Shown here piece by piece: positions 1 through 10,557 of a DNA stretch of 64,000 bases. The stretch is from an uncultured Bacilli bacterium (GTDB lineage Bacteria; Bacillota_I; Bacilli_A; RF39; UBA660), in contig CAKONC010000002.1 of NCBI GenBank assembly GCA_934096985.1, positions 121,421 through 185,420 of the forward strand, in the 5' to 3' direction. Under the pieces are notes generated by a model. It searched no databases. It saw only the letters and a program-made list of their open reading frames with translations, and was not told the DNA's origin. Made by a program: the position numbers and the translations under genes. Each line of letters opens with the position of its first letter. The first letter of the stretch is position 1.

Positions 1-569
1 ATAATTATTGTTCTTTCAAATTGACCTAAATTTTTTGTATCAATTCTAAAATAACTTTGAAGAGGTCTATCAACATTAGTGTAAGGTGGAATATATATAA
101 ACGTTCCCCCACTCCATAGCGCACTATTTAAAGCAGTATATTTATTTTCATCATATTTTACTAAATTATTAAAATATTTTTCAAATAAATCAGGATATTT
201 TTTTAATGCTTCATCTGTAGATAAAAATATAATTCCACTTTCATCTTTCATATTGTGATACACAACTTCACTTTCATACTGATTAGAAACACCTTTTAAA
301 TATTTTTTTTCGGCATCTATAACACCTAAAGAAGAAAATGTATCTTTAACATTTTTGCTTACATCATTCCATGAACAACTCGGGCCTTTAAAAGAGCCTT
401 TATAATATGTAATTTCATCAAAATCAATATTAATTTCGGGCCCAAAACTAGGATTTTCAAGTTCTAAGAATTTATGATATGCATTTAATCTAAACTCTCT
501 CATCCAAATTGGTTCATTTTTATTTTTAGATAAATTTATAATAAAATCTTCATTTAATTTATTTTTCAT
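1..569 (-). CDS. sufB: Fe-S cluster assembly protein SufB, N-terminal part (3' end lies outside the window)
   Basis: Manual reverse translation from the ATG at 569 gives MKNKLNEDFIINLSKNKNEPIWMREFRLNAYHKFLELENPSFGPEINIDFDEITYY...ALWSGGTFIYIPP, which is SufB-like. The frame stays open to the window edge. It is absent from the ORF track because it is truncated. Confidence 0.8.
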   Translation of the reverse strand, partial: MKNKLNEDFIINLSKNKNEPIWMREFRLNAYHKFLELENPSFGPEINIDFDEITYYKGSFKGPSCSWNDVSKNVKDTFSSLGVIDAEKKYLKGVSNQYESEVVYHNMKDESGIIFLSTDEALKKYPDLFEKYFNNLVKYDENKYTALNSALWSGGTFIYIPPYTNVDRPLQSYFRIDTKNLGQFERTII

Positions 570-663
570 ATAATGCCTTCGTAAATATAATACAATAATA
601 CTTTATAAAAAAGCAATTGTATTTTAAATAAATGTTTGATAAAATTTAATTATAGTAGGAGAT

Positions 664-1170
664 ATGGTAATGAGTAAATATGATGAAGCTTATTTTGAAA
701 ATCTAACAATAAAAGCAAATATTATATATAAATATTTATACTATAATAGTCTTACTGATGATATGAAAGCGTCAATAACAGATTATTTAGATACTTATTT
801 TTCATATTATAAAAAATATACAAATATGAATGTCAGAGATGAAAATCTTTCTAGAATTTTTAGCATTTTAGAAGGTCCAATAAACGAAGCAAATAATCAA
901 TATAACTTATCATTAAATGATGGAAAACCTCACCCAGCAGTAGATATTATAAAGCAAAAATTAACAGAATTTTTTATGCAAATGGATAGTGAAAATGTAA
1001 GCGTAGCAAATTCATTAGACAAAGGTAAACAAAGAACACTAAATCCTCCGGGAATAAGTGGAATAAAACTATTTAATGATGAAAATGGATTTGCAAAATC
1101 ATTTATTATAATACTTGCTACAATACTAATTGGAATAATAATTGCCGTTTTAACTATTAAACTAAAATAA
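664..1170 (+). CDS. Hypothetical protein with a C-terminal transmembrane anchor
   Basis: 168-aa ORF with a hydrophobic C-terminus (FIIILATILIGIIIAVLTI). AGGAG at 657..661 favours the second ATG at 670 as the real start. I recognise no family. Confidence 0.5.
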   Translation: MVMSKYDEAYFENLTIKANIIYKYLYYNSLTDDMKASITDYLDTYFSYYKKYTNMNVRDENLSRIFSILEGPINEANNQYNLSLNDGKPHPAVDIIKQKLTEFFMQMDSENVSVANSLDKGKQRTLNPPGISGIKLFNDENGFAKSFIIILATILIGIIIAVLTIKLK

Positions 1171-1189
1171 AAAGCCAATATTGGCTTTT

Positions 1190-1191
<2 letters not shown>
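1170..1191. terminator. Bidirectional hairpin terminator between convergent genes
   Basis: Perfect palindrome AAAAGCCAAT/ATTGGCTTTT, flanked by an A-run and a T-run. Confidence 0.6.
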
Positions 1192-2633
<1,442 letters not shown>

Positions 2634-2664
2634 TTATTTTATCCTATTTTATTAAAATTGTATA

Positions 2665-3687
2665 CTATTTAATAAACATTGCATCCCCAAATGAAAAGAA
2701 ACGATAATTATTTTCTATTGCATGCTTATATGCATTTAATATGTTTTCTTTGCATGAAAACGCACTTACTAGCATTACTAAAGTACTTTTTGGTAAATGG
2801 AAATTTGTTATAAGGCCATCAATGGCCAAAAATTTATAACCTGGATAAATAAATATATTCGTGTTTTCATTGCAAGAAACAAACTTATGATACTTATTCA
2901 TAATTGCCTCAAGTGTTCTTGTAGAGGTAGTTCCTACTGCATATATTTTTCTTCCTTCTTCTTTTGCTTTATTTAATTTATCTGCTACATCTTGAGTCAT
3001 AATAAAATGTTCACTATGCATATGATGTTTAGTAATATCTTCTTCATTAACAGGTCTAAATGTTCCAAGTCCAACATGTAAAGTTACATATAATACTTCT
3101 ACTCCCATATTTTTAATTTCTTCTAAAAGTTCTTCAGTAAAATGAAGACCGGCAGTCGGAGCTGCAGCACTACCTAAATATTTTGCATAAACAGTTTGAT
3201 ACCTAGTTTGGTCTTTTAGACTTTCATGTATATATGGTGGAAGTGGCATTAAACCAATTTTTTCGATTTGTTCAATAAAAATGCCTTCATAAGAAAACTT
3301 AACATTTACTATTCCTTCCTCAAGTTTTTCTACTACTGTGCAGTAAAGAGTATCTGAAAAAGTTATTTTAGTGCCTTCATTTAACCTTTTAAATGGTCTT
3401 GATAAACATTGCCACATATCATTACCTAAATCTTTTAATAAAAGAAGCTCTATATGGGCATTAGTTTCTTCTTTCTTACCAAATATTCTTGCAGGAAGAA
3501 CCTTTGTATCATTTAAAACTAAAACATCTCCACTATGTAAATAAGAAGTTATATCTTTAAAAATTTTATCCTCAAGAGCACCAGTTTTTCTATCCATTAC
3601 AAGTAGTTTTGATTCACTACGATTTTTAATTGGAGTTTGTGCAATTAACTCTTCTGGTAAATTATAATCAAATTCATTTATATCCAT
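2665..3687 (-). CDS. queA: S-adenosylmethionine:tRNA ribosyltransferase-isomerase
   Basis: FDYNLPEELIAQTP start, GTTSTRTLE and HLPKSTL motifs. The track start at 3696 is a GTG inside the AGGTGA SD, so the ATG at 3687 (MDINEF) is preferred. Confidence 0.95.
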   Translation of the reverse strand: MDINEFDYNLPEELIAQTPIKNRSESKLLVMDRKTGALEDKIFKDITSYLHSGDVLVLNDTKVLPARIFGKKEETNAHIELLLLKDLGNDMWQCLSRPFKRLNEGTKITFSDTLYCTVVEKLEEGIVNVKFSYEGIFIEQIEKIGLMPLPPYIHESLKDQTRYQTVYAKYLGSAAAPTAGLHFTEELLEEIKNMGVEVLYVTLHVGLGTFRPVNEEDITKHHMHSEHFIMTQDVADKLNKAKEEGRKIYAVGTTSTRTLEAIMNKYHKFVSCNENTNIFIYPGYKFLAIDGLITNFHLPKSTLVMLVSAFSCKENILNAYKHAIENNYRFFSFGDAMFIK

Positions 3688-3736
3688 TTTCGTCACCTAA
3701 AAGATATTATAAATATATTTTACATTTTTGTCTATC

Positions 3737-3763
3737 AAAAAAAGAATGGATTATTTTCCATTC
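3737..3763 (-). terminator. Rho-independent terminator of ileS
   Basis: On the minus strand: GAATGGA-aaataa-TCCATTC followed by TTTTTTT. The ileS stop codon lies in the loop. Confidence 0.6.
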
Positions 3764-6700
3764 CTTTCAAGTTTAATGCCAACTTTATAATCATTTAAAG
3801 TTAAATCTTTATCAATTGAATCTACAAAATTAATTTCCGTAGCCAAAGTTTCATTTTTAACATACTCTAAATTATCTTTTATAGACTGAGCAAACTCTTC
3901 ATCAGCATTAACAGTAATCGTTATCCTATTTTCTATATCAAAGTTAAGTTCTTTTCTTATTGCTTGTACTTTTGATACAAATTCTCTAGCATTACCCTCT
4001 TTTTTAAGCTCATCAGTAATAACTGCATTAAGTATAACAAATTTGCCATTATCCATACCAATATCAAAGCCTTCTTTAGCACTATATTTTATATCAATTA
4101 AATCTTTATTAATTGCATAATCATTGCCATTAATATTTAATGAAATTTCTTTATCATTAATTAATAAATCAATATCCTCTTTACTTAACTTTCCTAATAA
4201 TGCTTGGTATTCTTTCATATTTTTGCCAAATACTTTACCTGCTTCTTTGAAATTAGGTTTAATTTCAAAATTCATATAAGTATTTACATCTTGAATATAT
4301 TTTACTTCTTTGACATTTAATTCCTCTTTTATTAAAGAAGTAAGTAAACCAATAATATCTTTATATTTTCCATCAATTAATACCTCTGATAAAGGTTGAC
4401 GTACTTTAATTTTATTTTCTTCACGAACATATCTTCCGATAGAAATTAAATCTCTTACTAAATCCATTTTTTCTTCTAAAGGGTTATCAATTAATTTTTC
4501 ATTGCAAACTGGATACTCTGCTAAATGAACAGAAGTTTCACCTGTTAAGTTTGTATAAATTTCTTCACTTACAAAAGGAGCAATTGGAGCTATTAGTTTG
4601 CATAATCCACTTAAAACTTCGTAAGTTGTTTTGTATACACTTTTTTTAGAATTATCAAGTTTGTTTCCCCAGAATCTATTACGATTACGTCTTATATACC
4701 AGTTAGATAAATCATCTGAAACAAATGATGTAATATATCTTGTAACCTTATTTAAATCATATTCATCGAATGCATTTCTAACATTTTTCACTAAATTATT
4801 ATATTTAGAAAGTAACCATTTATCTATTTCTTCACGTAAAGAATATTCAATTTCACATTCACTAATATTAATATTATCTACATTTGCATACATCTGGAAG
4901 AATGAATAAGTATTTTTTAAAGGATTTACAAATTTTGAATAAACTTCCTTGACACCATCCTCATCGAATTTAAGCGGAGTCCATACTGGAGAAGCATAAA
5001 GCATATACCATCTTATAGAATCAACACCATACTTTTCCATAATGGCTACAGGATCAATAATATTTCCAGTAGATTTACTCATCTTTTTGCCATTTTTATC
5101 AAGCATCATGTCATTTACAACAACATTTTTAAATGAAGACTTTCCACTTATTATTGTGCTTATTACAAGTAGAACGTAAAACCAACCACGAGTTTGATCA
5201 ATACCCTCTGCAATAAAATCTGCTGGGAAATGTTTATCAAACCACTCTTTATTTTCAAAAGGATAATGGCATTGTGCATAAGGCATTGAACCTGAATCAA
5301 ACCAAACATCAGCTACATCACTTACTCTATGCATTGTGCCACCACATGAACACTTCATTGTAATATTATCTACATATGGTCTATGTAAATCTATATCTTC
5401 ATATTTAAGTTCTTGGTCAGCTTTCTCAATTAATTCTTCACGAGAACCAATTACATCAAATTTACCACAATCATCACATACCCAAAATGGAAGTGGACAA
5501 CCCCAGTATCTATTTCTAGAAATTCCCCAGTCTACCATATTATCAAGCCAGTTACCAAATCTTTTTGTACCAACATACTGTGGATACCAATTGATTTTAT
5601 TATTTTCTTCGATTATTTTATCTTTATAATCAGTTGTTTTTACATACCACGCTGGCTTAGCAAAATAAATAAGTGGACTTTTACATCTCCAGCAATGAGG
5701 ATAGTCGTGCTCAATTTTTATTTTTTTAAATAATTTATCATTTTCTTTTAGCCATTTGATAATTGTTATTTCTAAGTCTTTATCAGTAACTAAAGTACCT
5801 TTCCAAGGACCAACTGTATATTTACCCGCAAGGTCTACACTTTGAGTCCAACCAAAGCCATTTTCTTGGCAAACTCTATTATCATCTTCTCCATATGCTG
5901 GTGCAATGTGAACAATACCAGTTCCGTCAGTAGATGTAACATAACTATCTGCAACTACTTCAAATGCTTTACCACCTTCAACAGTTGCAAATGGCATTAA
6001 TTGTTCATATTTAAGTCCTACTAAGTCAGTTCCTTTAAATGTTTCTAAAACTTTATAATCTTCACCTAAAACTTTATCCGCAAGGTCTTTACATAATATA
6101 AATTTATATCCCATAGATTGTGCTTTAATGTATTCATAATCCGGATTAACACATGCAGCAACATTATCAAGAAGTGTCCATGGTGTTGTAGTCCAAACAA
6201 GTAAGTATTCATCTTTATCAACTAATTTAAATGGAACAATTACCGTATTAACTGGATCTAATTGATATCCTTGGTCAACTTCAAACTTAGCAAGTTCTGT
6301 GCCACATCTTGGGCAATATGGAAGTATTTTATTGCTATGGTAAATAGCACCTTTTTTATGCATTTCTTTAAATAAGTACCATTCAGTTTCATGATAATCA
6401 TTTTCACAAGTAATATATGGATGCTCTTCATCAATAAATTGGCCCATCATATCAGTAACTTTTTTTACTTCACTAATATTTAAAGCTGTATTTTTTTTAC
6501 ATTCTTCAATAAACTTTTCAATTCCCATTGCTTCAATGTCTTTTTTGCCATTAATGCCTAATTTCTTTTCAACATTATACTCAATAGGAAGTCCGTTACA
6601 ATCAAGTCCAATTTTTCTATCAACTCTATATCCGTTCATAACATTATACTTACAAAAAGCATCTTTAATTGTTTTAGCAAATACATGATGAATTCCAGGT

Positions 6701-6846
6701 TTAGCATTAGCATATATTGGTCCATCATAAAATACAAAGTTCTTATCTCCCTTAGTAGTAAGAGATAAAATATCTTCTTTTTGCCAAGTATCTAATATAC
6801 TTTTTTCTACTTCATTAGTACTTCTTTCATCTAACTTTTTAAACAT
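3751..6846 (-). CDS. ileS: Isoleucine--tRNA ligase (long, type 2-like form)
   Basis: HIGH-type (PGIHHV) and KMSKS motifs, plus a CP1 editing domain. The ATG at 6846 follows GGAGGGAAG. The 20 extra codons in the track ORF run into the T-box terminator. Confidence 0.95.
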   Translation of the reverse strand: MFKKLDERSTNEVEKSILDTWQKEDILSLTTKGDKNFVFYDGPIYANAKPGIHHVFAKTIKDAFCKYNVMNGYRVDRKIGLDCNGLPIEYNVEKKLGINGKKDIEAMGIEKFIEECKKNTALNISEVKKVTDMMGQFIDEEHPYITCENDYHETEWYLFKEMHKKGAIYHSNKILPYCPRCGTELAKFEVDQGYQLDPVNTVIVPFKLVDKDEYLLVWTTTPWTLLDNVAACVNPDYEYIKAQSMGYKFILCKDLADKVLGEDYKVLETFKGTDLVGLKYEQLMPFATVEGGKAFEVVADSYVTSTDGTGIVHIAPAYGEDDNRVCQENGFGWTQSVDLAGKYTVGPWKGTLVTDKDLEITIIKWLKENDKLFKKIKIEHDYPHCWRCKSPLIYFAKPAWYVKTTDYKDKIIEENNKINWYPQYVGTKRFGNWLDNMVDWGISRNRYWGCPLPFWVCDDCGKFDVIGSREELIEKADQELKYEDIDLHRPYVDNITMKCSCGGTMHRVSDVADVWFDSGSMPYAQCHYPFENKEWFDKHFPADFIAEGIDQTRGWFYVLLVISTIISGKSSFKNVVVNDMMLDKNGKKMSKSTGNIIDPVAIMEKYGVDSIRWYMLYASPVWTPLKFDEDGVKEVYSKFVNPLKNTYSFFQMYANVDNINISECEIEYSLREEIDKWLLSKYNNLVKNVRNAFDEYDLNKVTRYITSFVSDDLSNWYIRRNRNRFWGNKLDNSKKSVYKTTYEVLSGLCKLIAPIAPFVSEEIYTNLTGETSVHLAEYPVCNEKLIDNPLEEKMDLVRDLISIGRYVREENKIKVRQPLSEVLIDGKYKDIIGLLTSLIKEELNVKEVKYIQDVNTYMNFEIKPNFKEAGKVFGKNMKEYQALLGKLSKEDIDLLINDKEISLNINGNDYAINKDLIDIKYSAKEGFDIGMDNGKFVILNAVITDELKKEGNAREFVSKVQAIRKELNFDIENRITITVNADEEFAQSIKDNLEYVKNETLATEINFVDSIDKDLTLNDYKVGIKLERNGK

Positions 6847-6849
6847 TTT

Positions 6850-7062
6850 TCTTCCCTCCAATAAAAAAAGGTGTGTACCAAAAGGGTGCATATAGCACGG
6901 TACCACCTTTATATTTTACTCAATTATCCTTAATGCGGACTAGACAGTTTATCCTATTTACTTAGATAAACAACTCCCAAGTGATTCAAATTACTTTCTA
7001 TTATTAACTTTCACCAATCGTTAACTCTCTAAAAATATTAAAGTAATTTCGTCTTGTTCATA
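6850..7062 (-). promoter_or_regulatory. T-box leader (Ile specifier) controlling ileS
   Basis: Minus-strand read shows AGAGAG, GATTGGTGAAAG, a candidate specifier in TTGAATCACTTGGGAG (AUC), and the T-box motif AAAGGTGGTACCGTGC. A terminator helix plus TTTTTTT follows just before the SD. Confidence 0.85.
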
Positions 7063-7112
7063 ATTTTTTAAAAATATATCTAAATTATATGACCTTTAAG
7101 TTACATTGTCAA

Positions 7113-7604
7113 TTATTCAATTATACATATTTCATTATTTTTCAAACTTTTTTGAACATCTATTACTCTTTGATTCGAAGAACCTTTCCATTTTAAAGTA
7201 GGATCTGCAAGGCTTTCAACAAACCTTCCATCTACTAAAACATCAATATATTTTAAAACTTCTTTATCTTTTAAATCTTTATCAAATAAATATCCACTCC
7301 ATACCCAAATATTTTTATCTGGATATTTCTCTTTAAAAGCCTTGGCAAGTAAAGTCGTTCCCTCAATATTTTTTGGATGCATTGGCTCTCCACCTAAAAT
7401 GGATAGTCCAACAATGTAGTCTTTATCACTTAACTTTAATACTTTATTAATTGTATCTTCATTAAACTCTTCACCAGCTTTAAAATCCCAAGTTTCAGGA
7501 TTAAAACAATTATTACAATGAAACTCACAGCCTTGCATAAATATTGAAACTCTTACACCTGGTCCATTAGAAATATCCATTTTTCTAATTTTATGATATC
7601 TCAT
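7113..7604 (-). CDS. nrdG: Anaerobic ribonucleoside-triphosphate reductase activating protein (radical SAM)
   Basis: 163 aa with a CxxxCxxC cluster (CEFHCNNC). It starts 3 nt after the nrdD stop. Confidence 0.9.
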   Translation of the reverse strand: MRYHKIRKMDISNGPGVRVSIFMQGCEFHCNNCFNPETWDFKAGEEFNEDTINKVLKLSDKDYIVGLSILGGEPMHPKNIEGTTLLAKAFKEKYPDKNIWVWSGYLFDKDLKDKEVLKYIDVLVDGRFVESLADPTLKWKGSSNQRVIDVQKSLKNNEICIIE

Positions 7605-7606
7605 AC

Positions 7607-9760
7607 TTACGCATCCTTATTATCTATATGAATTACTCTTTCTTTTATTTCCTGAGTTCTACCCTTATTCCAGAAATTTGCACCAATATATCCACATGTT
7701 CTTCTGGCAACATTTAATTTACTATGATCTCTATTACCACAATTTGGACAATACCACTCTAAATTATCATCAATTAATATTTCACCAGTATATCCACATT
7801 CTTGGCAATAATCAGATTTTGTATTAAGTTCAGCATACATGATATTATTATAAATATATTCAATAACTTCAAGAACTACATCAAGATTATTTTCAAGATT
7901 TGGAGTTTCTACATAACTTACAGCACCACCTGGAGAAAGCTTTTGAAATTCACTTTCAAGTTTTAATTTTGTAAATGCATCAATTTCTTCAAAAACTGGT
8001 ACATGGTAAGAATTAGTTATATAATCTCTATCAGTAATTCCTTTAATTTTACCAAATCTTTCTTTTAAACATTTAGCAAATTTATAAGTTGTTGCTTCAA
8101 TAGGAGTTCCATAAACTGAATAGTCAATATCCTCTTCTTCTTTCCATTTTTTGCATTTATCATTCATGTACTCCATAACTTTTAAGCCGAATTCTTTACC
8201 AATAGATTCATCAGTATGTGAATGTCCTGTCATATATTTAACACATTCATAAAGTCCAGCATATCCAAGAGAAATTGTTGAATATCCATGATGAAGTAAA
8301 TCATGAATACTTTCACCCTTTTTAAGTCTTGCAAGAGCTCCATGTTGCCATAGAATTGGTGCTACATCACTTGTAACTTTAGAAAGCCTTTTGTGTCTTA
8401 TTTGAAGTGCTTTATGACATAATTCTAATCTATCATCAAATATTTTCCAAAATAATTCCATATCTTTGTCTGATGAAAGAGCTACATCAGGAAGATTTAT
8501 TGTAACAACTCCTTGATTAAATCTACCATAATATTTTGGTTTACCTTTTTCATCAACATAAGTTGTTAAAAAGCTTCTGCAACCCATACATGGATAACAT
8601 TGACCATTACCATTTTTGTCAACTTTTAGTTCCTTCATGATTTTTTCAGAAATATAATCTGGAACCATTCTTTTAGCAGTACATTTAGCGGCAAGCTTTG
8701 TTAAATAATAATATTTACCATCTTTTTTAATATTATCTTCTTCTAAAACGTATAAAAGTTTTGGGAATGCTGGAGTTATATAAACTCCTTTTTCATTTTT
8801 CATACCTAAAATTCTTTGTTTTAAAAATTCCTCGATAATCATAGCAAGTTCTTCTTTATATTCACTTGTTTCTCCCAAATACATACAAACGCTCAAAAAA
8901 GGTGCTTGACCATTTGTAGTAGTCATTGAGTTAATTTGATATTGGAATGTTTGAACACCATCAGTTATTTCTTTTTGTAAGTCTTCTTTAGCATATTTTT
9001 CTGCATCTTCTTTTTTAAATTTTCTATTTTTATATTTTTCTAAATATCTTTCGTAACTACATCTAACAAAAGGTGCTAAATGAGTAAGAGTTATAGTACA
9101 TCCTCCATATTGAGATGATGATACTGCTGTAATGATTTGTGTAGCAATAGTCATAGCAGTTAAAAATCTATGCGGTTTTTCAATCATTACACCATTAATA
9201 TTAGTTCCATTTTGAAGCATATCTTCAAGGTTAATTAAATCACAATTGTGTAAAGCATTTTGTGCAAAATAATCTGCATCATGGAAATGAATAATGCCTT
9301 CATCATGTGCTTTAACTATATCTTCGGTAAGCAAAAATCTACGTGTTATATCAGTAGATGTTATACCTGCTAAATAATCTCTTTGTGTAGTTACAATACG
9401 TGCATTTTTATTAGAATTTTCTGTATTCCAATACTCACTTTCCCCATCAATTAGTTCTTTTATTGAAAGATCAGTTGTGTTACTTTTTCTAACTAACTCT
9501 CTTGTATATCTATAAGTAATATATTCTTTTGCAAGAGCATATTTTCCGAGAGCCATCAAACGATATTCGATAATATCTTGAATATCCTCAACAAGCATTC
9601 TTTTTTTCTTTAATCCTTCAATATATTTTACAATATTTCTTATTTGAATTTCACTTACTCTATCCTCTTCAGCAACTTCATTATTGGCTTTTTTAATAGC
9701 CATTTCAATTTTTTCTGGACAATAATCCACAATATGCCCATCACGTTTAACTATTTTCAT
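7607..9760 (-). CDS. nrdD: Anaerobic ribonucleoside-triphosphate reductase
   Basis: N-terminal ATP-cone (MKIVKRDGHIVDY), C-terminal Zn ribbon (CQECGY..CPNCG) and glycyl-radical tail (RTCGYIG). The ATG at 9760 follows AGGAGAGG, so the track start at 9835 is an over-extension. Confidence 0.95.
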   Translation of the reverse strand: MKIVKRDGHIVDYCPEKIEMAIKKANNEVAEEDRVSEIQIRNIVKYIEGLKKKRMLVEDIQDIIEYRLMALGKYALAKEYITYRYTRELVRKSNTTDLSIKELIDGESEYWNTENSNKNARIVTTQRDYLAGITSTDITRRFLLTEDIVKAHDEGIIHFHDADYFAQNALHNCDLINLEDMLQNGTNINGVMIEKPHRFLTAMTIATQIITAVSSSQYGGCTITLTHLAPFVRCSYERYLEKYKNRKFKKEDAEKYAKEDLQKEITDGVQTFQYQINSMTTTNGQAPFLSVCMYLGETSEYKEELAMIIEEFLKQRILGMKNEKGVYITPAFPKLLYVLEEDNIKKDGKYYYLTKLAAKCTAKRMVPDYISEKIMKELKVDKNGNGQCYPCMGCRSFLTTYVDEKGKPKYYGRFNQGVVTINLPDVALSSDKDMELFWKIFDDRLELCHKALQIRHKRLSKVTSDVAPILWQHGALARLKKGESIHDLLHHGYSTISLGYAGLYECVKYMTGHSHTDESIGKEFGLKVMEYMNDKCKKWKEEEDIDYSVYGTPIEATTYKFAKCLKERFGKIKGITDRDYITNSYHVPVFEEIDAFTKLKLESEFQKLSPGGAVSYVETPNLENNLDVVLEVIEYIYNNIMYAELNTKSDYCQECGYTGEILIDDNLEWYCPNCGNRDHSKLNVARRTCGYIGANFWNKGRTQEIKERVIHIDNKDA

Positions 9761-9816
9761 CTTCACTACCTCTCCTATTAAAACCACTTTAACTATAACA
9801 CAAAATAAATAAATGT

Positions 9817-9836
9817 AATGTTGCAATTGCAACATT
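9817..9836. promoter_or_regulatory. Perfect 20-bp palindrome, candidate Crp/Fnr-type operator in the nrdD/regulator divergent region
   Basis: AATGTTGCAATTGCAACATT, which reads as TGTTG-N6-CAACA. It lies between nrdD (start 9760, minus) and the Crp/Fnr gene (start 9875, plus). Confidence 0.4.
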
Positions 9837-9874
9837 TTAATAAAAATGATAAAATTTTACTAAGTGAGGTGTAA

Positions 9875-10516
9875 ATGATAAATTTATTTGACAATATACC
9901 TGTAAAAGAGCAAAAAAAATTGGAAACAATGCTCGAAGGAATAACGCTTACTTTTAAGAAGAATATGAATATATCAAAAAATTTTAAAGATAATATCATT
10001 GGAATAATTTCTGAAGGCAATGCAAAAATCGTTCATACTGACTATAATGGAAATACCCTAGTATTTGAAGATCTTTTCGAAGGAAGTATATTTGGAAGTA
10101 ACTTATCATTTCTTTATAATGAGGAATATGAAATTATTGCCAGCAGTGATGTTAAAATTACTATTTTCGATTATGACTTTATTATAAAGAATGAAAGTAG
10201 TTCAATATATTTTAATAAATTCTTAAAAAATTTACTTTTAATATTAAATGATAAAATTGTAGAAAAAAATGATAGACTACAAATAATAAGCAAAAAGACT
10301 ATTCGTGATCGCCTTCTTGAATATTTTAGTGTTCAAAGCAAAAAACACGGAAGCAGCATTATATATTTGCCTTTTTCATATTCTGAACTAGCCGATTATT
10401 TATCTGTCGACCGAAGTGCAATGCACCGTGAACTTAAAAATTTAAAGGAAGAAGAGTTTATCGAAGTAAAAGGAAAAAAAATCATTTTATTATATCGTCA
10501 CTCTTTTGCAATTTAA
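9875..10516 (+). CDS. Crp/Fnr-family transcriptional regulator
   Basis: 213 aa. An N-terminal cNMP-binding-like beta-roll is followed by a C-terminal HTH (SYSELADYLSVDRSAMHRELKNLKEE). Confidence 0.85.
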   Translation: MINLFDNIPVKEQKKLETMLEGITLTFKKNMNISKNFKDNIIGIISEGNAKIVHTDYNGNTLVFEDLFEGSIFGSNLSFLYNEEYEIIASSDVKITIFDYDFIIKNESSSIYFNKFLKNLLLILNDKIVEKNDRLQIISKKTIRDRLLEYFSVQSKKHGSSIIYLPFSYSELADYLSVDRSAMHRELKNLKEEEFIEVKGKKIILLYRHSFAI

Positions 10517-10557
10517 GATAAATTAAAGTATAATATAATTAAGAAAGGAAGATTTAT

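Noticed and set aside
4631-5629. Plus-strand ORFs of 92 and 97 aa inside ileS. Similar antisense ORFs occur inside dusB (12741..13481), pduL, rmuC, the alaS-like gene, the ABC genes and others.
   Set aside because: All are antisense shadows within long, well-supported genes. They have Leu/Ser/Phe/Ile-rich compositions typical of the reverse frame of AT-rich coding DNA.
6847-6906. A 20-codon N-terminal extension of ileS (MVPCYMHPFGTHLFLLEGRK).
   Set aside because: It is translated from the T-box terminator/antiterminator sequence. The ATG at 6846 has a proper GGAGGG SD.
9761-9816. NrdR boxes upstream of nrdD.
   Set aside because: Only a partial ACACAAAAT-like half-site is visible. There is no pair of 16-bp boxes with the usual spacing.
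9761-10020. An extended nrdD start (9835) and a 75-aa minus-strand ORF (9793..10020).
   Set aside because: The extension has no SD and runs through the promoter and palindrome. The 75-aa ORF is antisense to the Crp/Fnr gene and has low-complexity, AT-driven composition.
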